From assembly GCA_947630105.1 (NCBI GenBank), contig CANRGD010000001.1, positions 5,749 through 69,748 of the forward strand: a stretch of 64,000 bases of DNA, read 5' to 3'. Every line of letters begins with the position of its first letter. Positions within the stretch are counted from its first letter, which is position 1. The translations under genes were made by a program, and so were the position numbers. The notes beneath the pieces are model-generated. The model did no database searches, was not told where the DNA came from, and saw only the letters and a list, made by a program, of their open reading frames with translations. This DNA is from an uncultured Bacilli bacterium. Its GTDB lineage: Bacteria > Bacillota_I > Bacilli_A > RF39 > UBA660. This document shows positions 21,519 to 29,983 of this stretch, one piece after another.

Positions 21519-22673
21519 TTATTTCTTTAACACATAACTAAATTTATTTTTATCATTTTTATGATTATCTTCCCAATCAAAACTTACCTCTTGCTCTCTA
21601 CAATAATCACAAAAAGGTATAGGTTTATTTAATTTTTCAATTGCTTCCCAACCATCAGTAATATCATTAATTTTTACATAATCGTCGTCAGAAATTTCAA
21701 AGTTTGTTCCATACTTTTTATTAAGAATATCAATTAATAAAGGATAATAACATTTTGAAATTTTTCCATCTCTTAAAAACCTACAAAATCTGCCATAACA
21801 AATTTCACTAGCAAAATTATTCTCACTTTTCTTTTCTAGGGATAATCTTGTCTGAAATTGTTTTATAACTTCTGGTTCTTTAAAATAATCATCATTAATT
21901 AAGTATTTAATATTATATTTTTTTAATGTTTCTTCAATACTTTGTATTTTTTCATATGTAGGTTTATATAAGGAAATAGAAATCATTATATTATTATCTG
22001 ATATTGTTTGCAATGTTTCATTATCCAATCTATCAATTAACAGACCATTTGTTACAATAACAATTCTAGATTTTTTTAAAATATTTCTAGCTATTTTAAC
22101 TAATTCTGAAATTTTTGGATGGAGAAAAGGTTCTCCCCCTAGGATTCTAAAATTATATAGAAAAAATTTATCAGATACCTTTTTCAAATCTTCTTTAAAT
22201 TTATTTACATCAACATAATTATTATCATAAATATTTGAAAAATGAGCACAACCTTTACAATTTAAATTACATTGATCAACAATATTCATCTCTAAATAAT
22301 TTAAAAAAGGAATATTAAAATCAATCTTTTCAAGGTGTTGATATAAATCTTCTATAGTATTTGGATTAGAAAATAAAATTTCCTCACTTACTACATACAC
22401 ATTCAAATATTCATGCTGTTTTAAATAAGTAATTGTTTCTCCTAATATCATAGGCTTTTTTGTAATAAATATATTACTATCTTTATCTATGTTAAAATAT
22501 TCATCAACACCAATGGTAGGAATATCTCTATAGATATTTTGTGGCAACCTTTTATTATCATTAGAAATTTTTAAAAAACCATCAATTGGAATATGAAATT
22601 TTTCTAATATTTCGGCTGTTTCAGCTGCAAAAGGTCCTGTACCAAAAATGAAATTATTTGCCATACTTATCAC
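21519..22673 (-). CDS. Radical SAM enzyme with N-terminal extension and C-terminal Cys-rich (SPASM/twitch-like) region (element cargo)
   Basis: 384 aa; CNLNCKGCAH CxxxCxxC cluster; additional C-terminal cysteines CYGRFCRF, CYYP, CDYC. Confidence 0.8.
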   Translation of the reverse strand: MISMANNFIFGTGPFAAETAEILEKFHIPIDGFLKISNDNKRLPQNIYRDIPTIGVDEYFNIDKDSNIFITKKPMILGETITYLKQHEYLNVYVVSEEILFSNPNTIEDLYQHLEKIDFNIPFLNYLEMNIVDQCNLNCKGCAHFSNIYDNNYVDVNKFKEDLKKVSDKFFLYNFRILGGEPFLHPKISELVKIARNILKKSRIVIVTNGLLIDRLDNETLQTISDNNIMISISLYKPTYEKIQSIEETLKKYNIKYLINDDYFKEPEVIKQFQTRLSLEKKSENNFASEICYGRFCRFLRDGKISKCYYPLLIDILNKKYGTNFEISDDDYVKINDITDGWEAIEKLNKPIPFCDYCREQEVSFDWEDNHKNDKNKFSYVLKK

Positions 22674-23658
22674 CTGCTTTCTGATAAACCTTAGGATGCT
22701 CTAAAGAAGCAATTCTAAAATTTAAATTTTCATACATCCAATCAAATTTTCCATATTGTTTCAATTCACAATCAACAATCATCTTTAATATTACGTACAT
22801 TCTATAAATTTCTATTCTATTTAATTCTGATGAATTAAGTGATGATTTATTAAAACCCTTCAAAAAATGAGAACTCATTTTACCATCAATAGTATGAAAA
22901 TAAAATGTCATTAACTCATCACAATAATACAAATCTGTAAAATCAACTATACCAGAAATATTACCTTCATTAACAAGAACATTGCCATCCCATATATCTG
23001 TATGACTTAAACATAAATTTGTTATATTATTAAGATTTTCCTTATTTGATGATATTACATTTATAATTCTTTCATACATATTTTTTCCTAAATCCATATT
23101 TTTAGTAGATGCATCATTTAATAATAATTGAAATAAATTTAATACAAACTCAAAATTATCATTAAATCTTTTCTCAGGCTGACTAGGTAGAAAAAATTCA
23201 TTACCTTTTAACATACATATTTTAGAGCTAAAAAAGCCAATCTGATATTCTATCTTTTCAATTTCTTTTGAAGTTAACTTTTCCTTGCATTGTAAAAAAT
23301 TATTTCCTGGTATATAACTCATAAAAAAGTAAGGCTCTTTACAAATATTACTAGTATCACTATATCTTAATAATCTAGGAGATGGAAAATCTATTGTTTC
23401 CATTTTCTTTAACATTTCGGATTCCCACCATAAAATATTTCTATCTACGGTTATCATTTTACTTTCATCTTTAGGTGCTATTTTAAGAACGACTTTATTA
23501 CCATCATCATCTATTAAATATACTGCATTTTTCATTCCACCACTTAATTTCATAATATTTAATTTATTGGATTTTTTTTGAAATGATTCTTCATACATTA
23601 ATTTAATTATTTCTTCTGATTGATAATTTTTTACGGAAGAATTATTATTTGTTTCCAT
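22654..23658 (-). CDS. APH/choline-kinase-family phosphotransferase (element cargo)
   Basis: 334 aa; catalytic loop LSHTDIWDGNVLV and IVDFTD (DFG-like). Overlaps its neighbours on both sides, consistent with an operon. Confidence 0.65.
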   Translation of the reverse strand: METNNNSSVKNYQSEEIIKLMYEESFQKKSNKLNIMKLSGGMKNAVYLIDDDGNKVVLKIAPKDESKMITVDRNILWWESEMLKKMETIDFPSPRLLRYSDTSNICKEPYFFMSYIPGNNFLQCKEKLTSKEIEKIEYQIGFFSSKICMLKGNEFFLPSQPEKRFNDNFEFVLNLFQLLLNDASTKNMDLGKNMYERIINVISSNKENLNNITNLCLSHTDIWDGNVLVNEGNISGIVDFTDLYYCDELMTFYFHTIDGKMSSHFLKGFNKSSLNSSELNRIEIYRMYVILKMIVDCELKQYGKFDWMYENLNFRIASLEHPKVYQKAGDKYGK

Positions 23659-25591
23659 TTTTGGCTCCTTGATATCCTTTTATGTATTTTTTACAAACTT
23701 CGTTAGTATATTGGAATTCATCATTATCTACTGTTAAATGAAAAATATTATCATAAGCATAATTAGATATTTTATGTTTATAATACTTTCTAATAAACGA
23801 TTTTAAATTAGCAACTTCCTCAAACATAAAACCTTTCATTTTATTAAAATACATATAATTTGATACTTTTACCAGCATATTTAATATTACTATTGTATTA
23901 CTATCATATTTATCAATCAAAGTACTTGCTTTTATATATGGAATTCCTTCAAATTCATGATTATCTTCATAAATTGCATTTATAAACTCACTATACTTAT
24001 CCTTTAAATCAATTGGTATACATTCTTGTATTGATACTTTTTCACCAATAAGGCCTACTGCTTCTTTCATCATATTCTCATCTAAAGAATTCCATAAAAT
24101 ACCTATACAAGGTAATTCTATTGATGGCATTTTATTCTTATCTATTTTTCCATCTTCGATTAAAGTATTTATAATTGATAATACTTCATCTAATTTTCTA
24201 AACTTCTTAACATTATTTGCTGTTAATAGTAAATTCATTAAATTATTTATCACATCCTGTAATTCTTTTTTAAATTCATCTTTTTCTAAAATACCTTCTT
24301 TGTGGTCTCTCATATAATTCCTAATAATATGAACCAAACTATTATATAATATTTTTTCAGCAGCATCTCTATACTCTTCCCCTTGAGATAGAACTTCTTC
24401 ATATTTTTCTTTTCCCCAATCTTGAAGTGTAAATAATTCAGATGATATTTTATTACCTGTTAATGATACAGATTTTCTTTTAACATAGTGATAAAATGGT
24501 ATATTAACAAGTGCAAATGATTTATCCTCCTTACACAATCTGTAAATATAATCAGAATCTTCTTTAAAACAAGTTTTATCAAATCTAATATTTCTAATAG
24601 AAGAAAGTTTATATAACTTATCCCAAGCAGGAATCAATATTGTTGCATCCGAATATGCATTGATTAAATCTAAATGACCCTCTACTAATTTAACTCCTTT
24701 TTGTTCACAACTTACATCTTTAATATCACCATTTTTCATATGAATATAAAAACTACTTTCACATACATCTGCATTTGTTTTTTCCGCGGTTTTCATTAGG
24801 GTTTCAATCATAGAATTTTCAACATAATCATCAGAATCAAAAAAACATATATATTCTCCTGTTGCTAACTCTATTCCTTTATTTCTAGTCTCAGCAAGTC
24901 CACAATTTTGCTGATGAACAACTTTTATTCTACTATCCGCCTCGGCAAGTAAATTACATATTTTTAATGAATCATCTGTTGAGCCATCATCAATTAAAAT
25001 TATTTCTAAATTTCTATAAGTTTGATTTGTTATACTTTTAATACAACGTACCAAATAATTAGATGTGTTATATATAGGTACTACAACAGTAACTTTTTTA
25101 TCATTATAAATATTATAGTCAATATATTCTTGTAATTTATCTTTCCAATCACTATCAGTATCATTTATTTTTAAATGATAAAAAGAATCATTATAAGTTG
25201 ACTCAATACTTTTAACTCTATATTTTTGTAATAATTCCATTCCATTATCTAAACAGCTATGATACTGATTAGAATTTGCTTTTATTACTAAATTACAATT
25301 ACTAAAAATATATGAATCTTCTAAATTAGAATAATTAATAACAACTATATCATTCTTCCTAAAATGAGCTAAATTTGCCATTATTTCATCATCCACTTTA
25401 TTTCTAATTTTCATAAAATATAAAATCTTTGAATTATAATTCATATTTTTTTCTTTATCGTAATAATTATCCTGTTCTAAAATTTTTTTTAGTATTTGAT
25501 CTACATCTAAATACTTAAATGAATAATTTTCAATTAAATACTCTGCAATTTCCTTTCCTACTCTATTATTACCGGTAATTCCTACAATCAC
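23645..25591 (-). CDS. Three-part protein: N-terminal P-loop nucleotide-kinase-like domain, central family-2 glycosyltransferase domain, C-terminal domain of unknown function (element cargo); GTG start
   Basis: 648 aa. GITGNNRVGKE P-loop. VTVVVPIYNTSNYL...LIDDGSTDDS with FFDSDDYV DxD motif, typical of GT2. GTG start with a GGGGGTG RBS. Confidence 0.7.
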   Translation of the reverse strand: MIVGITGNNRVGKEIAEYLIENYSFKYLDVDQILKKILEQDNYYDKEKNMNYNSKILYFMKIRNKVDDEIMANLAHFRKNDIVVINYSNLEDSYIFSNCNLVIKANSNQYHSCLDNGMELLQKYRVKSIESTYNDSFYHLKINDTDSDWKDKLQEYIDYNIYNDKKVTVVVPIYNTSNYLVRCIKSITNQTYRNLEIILIDDGSTDDSLKICNLLAEADSRIKVVHQQNCGLAETRNKGIELATGEYICFFDSDDYVENSMIETLMKTAEKTNADVCESSFYIHMKNGDIKDVSCEQKGVKLVEGHLDLINAYSDATILIPAWDKLYKLSSIRNIRFDKTCFKEDSDYIYRLCKEDKSFALVNIPFYHYVKRKSVSLTGNKISSELFTLQDWGKEKYEEVLSQGEEYRDAAEKILYNSLVHIIRNYMRDHKEGILEKDEFKKELQDVINNLMNLLLTANNVKKFRKLDEVLSIINTLIEDGKIDKNKMPSIELPCIGILWNSLDENMMKEAVGLIGEKVSIQECIPIDLKDKYSEFINAIYEDNHEFEGIPYIKASTLIDKYDSNTIVILNMLVKVSNYMYFNKMKGFMFEEVANLKSFIRKYYKHKISNYAYDNIFHLTVDNDEFQYTNEVCKKYIKGYQGAKNGNK

Positions 25592-25618
25592 TGATAAACA
25601 CCCCCAAAATTATCAAAT

Positions 25619-25648
25619 ATACTAGCATATTCCCCCATATTTTGTCAA
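25619..25648 (-). promoter_or_regulatory. Candidate sigma-A-type promoter for the cargo operon (TTGACA-18 nt-TAGTAT)
   Basis: Read on the minus strand: ttgacaaaatatgggggaatatgctagtatat, about 25 nt upstream of the GTG start. Confidence 0.3.
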
Positions 25649-26085
25649 TTAAATGTCCAAGGAATCACAGAGTTCATTCTTATATTAAATGTTTTAATTA
25701 AAGTGTTTTATTTTTACTAGATTCTTATTCACAATCTTTTATAAATTTTTTTATATAGTCTATACATCTTAGAGAAATATATCTTTCTTTAACATCTGCT
25801 ATCCAAATTACTTTACAATTAGATATATTTTCAACCTTTCATTCTAAAAAAAGATATGTATAGCAAAAAAAAGAACTTAAATTTATTAAATTCTTGTTAT
25901 GTTTTATTAGTTAAGAATATATCAATTTTATTTACTTAAGAAATGTCACCCCTCCTTTTGAGTGAAGAATCTTTTAAATTTTTTACCTATTTTTTGGCAT
26001 TTTTGAGATTTTTTATGAATTTTAAAGTTTAGTATTTCCCTATTTTATAAGGGTTTGCGAGTGGTTATTTAATTTAATGTCAGCG

Positions 26086-26357
26086 TCAATATGTAATATT
26101 TTTCCTGGTATATAAAAATATTTATTTCTATCCATTTCTAAACTTCTTAAATTACTTTCTATAATTTGTTTATCCTCAGCCTTTCCTTCTGTATTAGCAA
26201 TCACTAAATCGTTAATATCACTATCCGCATAAAGTCTTAAATCAACACCTTTTAACAAAACACTATTTTGATTAATTTCAATGATTTTAAATAAAATATC
26301 ATGTTGATGAGAAATTCTAGTAACATAATCACCTATATTAAATTGCAATAACATCAT
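26086..26357 (-). CDS. yabG: Sporulation-specific protease YabG, 5' segment (N-terminal ~91 residues). The caller's ORF runs on to a stop at 26040 inside the element
   Basis: MMLLQFNIGDYVTRISHQHDILFKIIEINQ...LRLYADSDINDLV...YFYIPGKILHID aligns with the B. subtilis YabG N-terminus (MQFQIGDMVARKSYQMDVLFRIIGIEQ...RLIADSDFSDLV...HMPGKVLHLDGD). Confidence 0.8.
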
Positions 26358-26400
26358 CTCCAGTAAAAGTTTATGATAAAAAAAAAGAAATAGTCCAAAA

Positions 26401-27201
26401 CTATTTACTTAATTCATTAGCAATCTCAATAAAAATACTATAATCTAATTTTTCAGCTCGAACATTCAAATCATATCCATGTTTAATTAAAACTTTTTCT
26501 ATTTTTTCTAAATTATAAGATTTTAAGTTATTTTTTATTGTTTTTCTCTTAAATTGAAAACTATCTTTTACTATCTTTTCAAATAATGTAAAATCTTTTA
26601 CAAATAATTTTTCTTTTTTCTCAGTAAAAGAAATAACCACACTATCAACATTAGGCTCAGGAATAAATTGTTTTCTAGAAACTGCAAATTCTTTTTTTAT
26701 ATCAAAAAAATAATTTAAAAATACAGTAATAGAGCCATATTCTTTACAACCACATTTAGTAGAAAATCTATCACCAACTTCTTTTTGTACCATCATCACT
26801 ACTTTTTCAAAGTGTAACTTACTTTTTATAATTTTTAAGATTATAGGTGTAGTTATATAATAAGGAACATTACTCACAAAAAATAACTTTGAAAAATCAT
26901 ATTTTTTTATGTCTTTTTCTAAATCTGAATTTAAAAAATCTTCAAATAATATATCTATATTTGAATATCCTAATAACTTAGAATTTAGTTCTTCTTCTAA
27001 ATCTTTGTCTATCTCATAGGCTAAAACATTTTTAGCCTTGCTTGCTACTTCTTTTGTTAAAATTGCTCCTCCAGGTCCAACTTCAATTACTAAAGAGTTT
27101 TTATCAATATCACAACTATTCACTATTTTTTTAACGATATTAACATCTTTTAAAAAGTTCTGTCCCAATTTCTTTTTAAACTTAACATTATATTTCTCCA
27201 T
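26401..27201 (-). CDS. rsmA: 16S rRNA (adenine1518/1519-N6)-dimethyltransferase
   Basis: 266 aa; LGQNFL, VIEVGPGGAILT SAM motif. Confidence 0.9.
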   Translation of the reverse strand: MEKYNVKFKKKLGQNFLKDVNIVKKIVNSCDIDKNSLVIEVGPGGAILTKEVASKAKNVLAYEIDKDLEEELNSKLLGYSNIDILFEDFLNSDLEKDIKKYDFSKLFFVSNVPYYITTPIILKIIKSKLHFEKVVMMVQKEVGDRFSTKCGCKEYGSITVFLNYFFDIKKEFAVSRKQFIPEPNVDSVVISFTEKKEKLFVKDFTLFEKIVKDSFQFKRKTIKNNLKSYNLEKIEKVLIKHGYDLNVRAEKLDYSIFIEIANELSK

Positions 27202-27243
27202 ACCTCACCACTACCCTATTATAATTCATAAAAAAAGAAAATA

Positions 27244-27882
27244 CTAGTTATACCTTTTTTCTTTCTTTCTCAAAACTAAAGTCGCTTTTATTAAATCGAA
27301 TAAAACAACAATTCCAATTGGTATTAAAATACTTATTAAAAACCCAGAAGGTTTAGATACAAATTTTTGAATATAACCAATTTTTGGAATTTTTAAAATA
27401 ACTTTTCCATAAATATCTTCTTGTTTAACAGTTGAATTATCTCTACTCTCATTATTATCACCTTTTGTTATAAATTCATAATTCCCATTTTCTAAAAATT
27501 GTTTATCGACAACTCTATGAGTTATAGTAAGTCCTGAATATTCATTATCAGTAGATAAAAAAGTTATAATATCTCCTTCTTTTATACTATTTTTATTAAC
27601 TCTTTTAACTATAACTGCATCATTAATCTTAATTGTTGGTACCATACTTGGAGATACAATTATATAAGCACTAAGTAATGGAGATTTATAATTACCTGTT
27701 TTAACATTAAAATATAAATCACCAAAATAAAAAAGTAAAAATAAACATAAAATTATCATTAAACTAAGTATTGCTAATAAAAAAGCCTTTGTTAAAAAAT
27801 AAGTCCAAAAAAAAGTTTTTTGTAAAAAAGTCATTTCTACTTCATCTAAATTTACTCTAATTTGTTTTGCCATTGAACTCAT
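27244..27882 (-). CDS. sipW: SipW-type (ER/archaeal-type) signal peptidase I
   Basis: IVSPSMVPTIKINDAVIV (SxSMxP...DAIIV) and the GDNN motif characteristic of SipW. Confidence 0.7.
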   Translation of the reverse strand: MSSMAKQIRVNLDEVEMTFLQKTFFWTYFLTKAFLLAILSLMIILCLFLLFYFGDLYFNVKTGNYKSPLLSAYIIVSPSMVPTIKINDAVIVKRVNKNSIKEGDIITFLSTDNEYSGLTITHRVVDKQFLENGNYEFITKGDNNESRDNSTVKQEDIYGKVILKIPKIGYIQKFVSKPSGFLISILIPIGIVVLFDLIKATLVLRKKEKRYN

Positions 27883-27974
27883 TTTATCAAACCTTTCTTA
27901 TAATCATTATAATACTAAATTTAAGAAAAAAATATCTTAAAAATATAAAAAGCAAATGCTTTACACATTTGCTT

Positions 27975-28577
27975 TTAACTAGCTTTACCTGTAACTGAAA
28001 CAGAAACTTTATAATTATTTAATGCCCCCGTAGCAGTTACTGCTTTGTCAGATAACCATAATCTTAATCTATAATTATCAACGCTATCTTTATTTTTAGT
28101 TTGTTTTACTAAAACCATAGCACCTTTTTTAGTTCCTAATTTTGTAGTTTTATCTAATTTTTTATAAGCTGAAGGTTCCAAAATTGTAACATAACTTCCA
28201 CTTTTTTGTTGTTCTAAAAAAATTCTAATATCTTCATCTTTAATAGATGATTCATTTTCAACTTTTGTAATTGCTAATTCATAATCAATATTAGACGCTT
28301 CATCTAAAGTAGTTTTTACACTAAAATCAAAATATTGATTCAAACCATCTAATTTTTTACCATCAGCATCTAATAAAGGCATTGCATTAAGCAAAGAAAA
28401 AGTATTATCATTACCACTATATAATAAAGCTACATCACCACCAGCTAAATTTTCATTCACTTTACCTTGATTTTTGTCAAACATCGTAAAAAGTCCTATT
28501 AATATAACAGTAAATAAAATACAAACTAATAAGATAAATATTACAAATTTTTTAGATACTTTATTGTTTTCTTTCAT
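27975..28577 (-). CDS. Membrane-anchored/secreted protein, paralogue of the upstream ORF; candidate SipW substrate
   Basis: 200 aa; N-terminal signal-anchor; shared C-terminal motif NYRLRLWLSD. Confidence 0.4.
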   Translation of the reverse strand: MKENNKVSKKFVIFILLVCILFTVILIGLFTMFDKNQGKVNENLAGGDVALLYSGNDNTFSLLNAMPLLDADGKKLDGLNQYFDFSVKTTLDEASNIDYELAITKVENESSIKDEDIRIFLEQQKSGSYVTILEPSAYKKLDKTTKLGTKKGAMVLVKQTKNKDSVDNYRLRLWLSDKAVTATGALNNYKVSVSVTGKAS

Positions 28578-28583
28578 ATTTAA

Positions 28584-29135
28584 TCAAACCTCTCTAACTT
28601 TTATTTTAAAAGAAAAACTTTGTTGTTCCCTAAGTATAATGTAAGAATCTGAAACCCATACTCTTAAATTAAAATACTGTTTTTCCCCTTTTTTTATTAC
28701 TCCACTATATAAAATTTTATTTCCTGGTAAACTAAGTGAAACTTTCAAATCATTATAACTTGGGATAATATTAGTATTAAAACCATTTACCGGATTATCA
28801 TTATTATCTGTTAAATAAAGCTTTAAATAATTTGAATTTAATTCATTACTAGAATCTTCCTTAACTAAATAAACTTCATATTTGGTAGTTTTATTTGAAC
28901 TTAAAGTAAATTTTAAATGGCCTAACACGTTATCATCTACACTTTCTAAATCAGTTGTTTTACCTATTTCATCAGAAATAGGCAAACGACCTACCATTTT
29001 TATTTTATTACTGCCATCAAATTTAATTTTTATTTTTCCTGAAGTTTTATTAAAAATTTTTAATACCCCAATAACACTTAAAAATATAATAATTACTATT
29101 ACCAAAATAGTTATTTTCTTATAATTTTTACTCAT
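28584..29135 (-). CDS. Membrane-anchored/secreted protein, paralogue of the downstream ORF; candidate SipW substrate
   Basis: 183 aa; N-terminal signal-anchor; shared C-terminal motif QYFNLRVWVSD. Confidence 0.4.
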   Translation of the reverse strand: MSKNYKKITILVIVIIIFLSVIGVLKIFNKTSGKIKIKFDGSNKIKMVGRLPISDEIGKTTDLESVDDNVLGHLKFTLSSNKTTKYEVYLVKEDSSNELNSNYLKLYLTDNNDNPVNGFNTNIIPSYNDLKVSLSLPGNKILYSGVIKKGEKQYFNLRVWVSDSYIILREQQSFSFKIKVREV

Positions 29136-29187
29136 TACTAGCCTCCAAAAACACCCTTTTACTATATATAAAAGGGTATCATAAAAC

Positions 29188-29943
29188 TTAATTCAAGTCA
29201 AACACTTGATAAGCATTATTTGATGTAATTTTTGCAACTTTTGTAATATCACAGTGACATATATTAGCAATAAACTCAGCTATATATGGTATATATTTAG
29301 AACTATTCTTTTTACCTCTCACAGGTTCAGGAGCTAAATAAGGACTATCAGTTTCTAAAACAATATTATCTAAACCTATTTTTTCTATTACTTGGAACAA
29401 TTTACTGTTTTTAAAAGTTATTACTCCTCCTATACCAAGTTTATATCCCATTGACATATAAATATTAGCCGTTTCAACACTTCCATTAAAACAATGTATT
29501 ATTCCTTTTAAATCATACTTTTTTAAAATATCAATTGTATCTTTTGTAGCATCTCTACTATGAATAACCACTGGGAGTTTTAATTTTTCTGCTAATTGTA
29601 ACTGCTTTTCAAAAAGGCTAATTTGTTTTTCTCTATTATCGTTTTTATAGTGATAATCAAGGCCTATTTCACCAATACCAACAACTTTTTTATTATTAGT
29701 AATTATTTTTTCTAATGTCTTAATATCACTATCATTTATAATACTAGCATATTCAGGATGAAAACCTAGAGTTAAAAATACATCATTATATTTTTTGGCA
29801 TATTTAATAGATTCTAAAATACTACTTTCACTACAACCAGAAATTACTATTTTCTCAATATTATTAGCTCTATTTTCTTTAATTACTAAATCAATATCAT
29901 CATAGTCTTCTTCAGATAAATGACAATGAGTATCTACAAACAT
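29188..29943 (-). CDS. tatD: TatD-family metal-dependent DNase/hydrolase
   Basis: 251 aa; MFVDTHCHL start, TIM-barrel metal-binding histidines; located after metG as YabD is in Bacillus. Confidence 0.85.
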   Translation of the reverse strand: MFVDTHCHLSEEDYDDIDLVIKENRANNIEKIVISGCSESSILESIKYAKKYNDVFLTLGFHPEYASIINDSDIKTLEKIITNNKKVVGIGEIGLDYHYKNDNREKQISLFEKQLQLAEKLKLPVVIHSRDATKDTIDILKKYDLKGIIHCFNGSVETANIYMSMGYKLGIGGVITFKNSKLFQVIEKIGLDNIVLETDSPYLAPEPVRGKKNSSKYIPYIAEFIANICHCDITKVAKITSNNAYQVFDLN

Positions 29944-29983
29944 CTTATCCTCCTAAAAAGAAAAAAGGAAAAGCTCCTTTATT

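Larger units (their letters stand above)
17161..26085. mobile_element. ~8.9 kb intervening element interrupting yabG (skin/SPbeta-like), carrying two large serine recombinases and a four-gene cargo operon
   Basis: The two halves of yabG lie at 16639..17160 and 26086..26357. Element ends are inverted repeats (TGCTGAC... / ...GTCAGCG). A shared TC/GA dinucleotide lies at both junctions (17159-17160 and 26086-26087). Joining the flanks restores the in-frame yabG codons cat-att-gat-gga-gat (HIDGD). Confidence 0.8.

Noticed and set aside
17161-26085. Interpretation of the insertion as a prophage
   Set aside because: No capsid, terminase, tail or lysis genes are present. The content is recombinases plus metabolic enzymes, so it is a non-phage intervening or integrative element.
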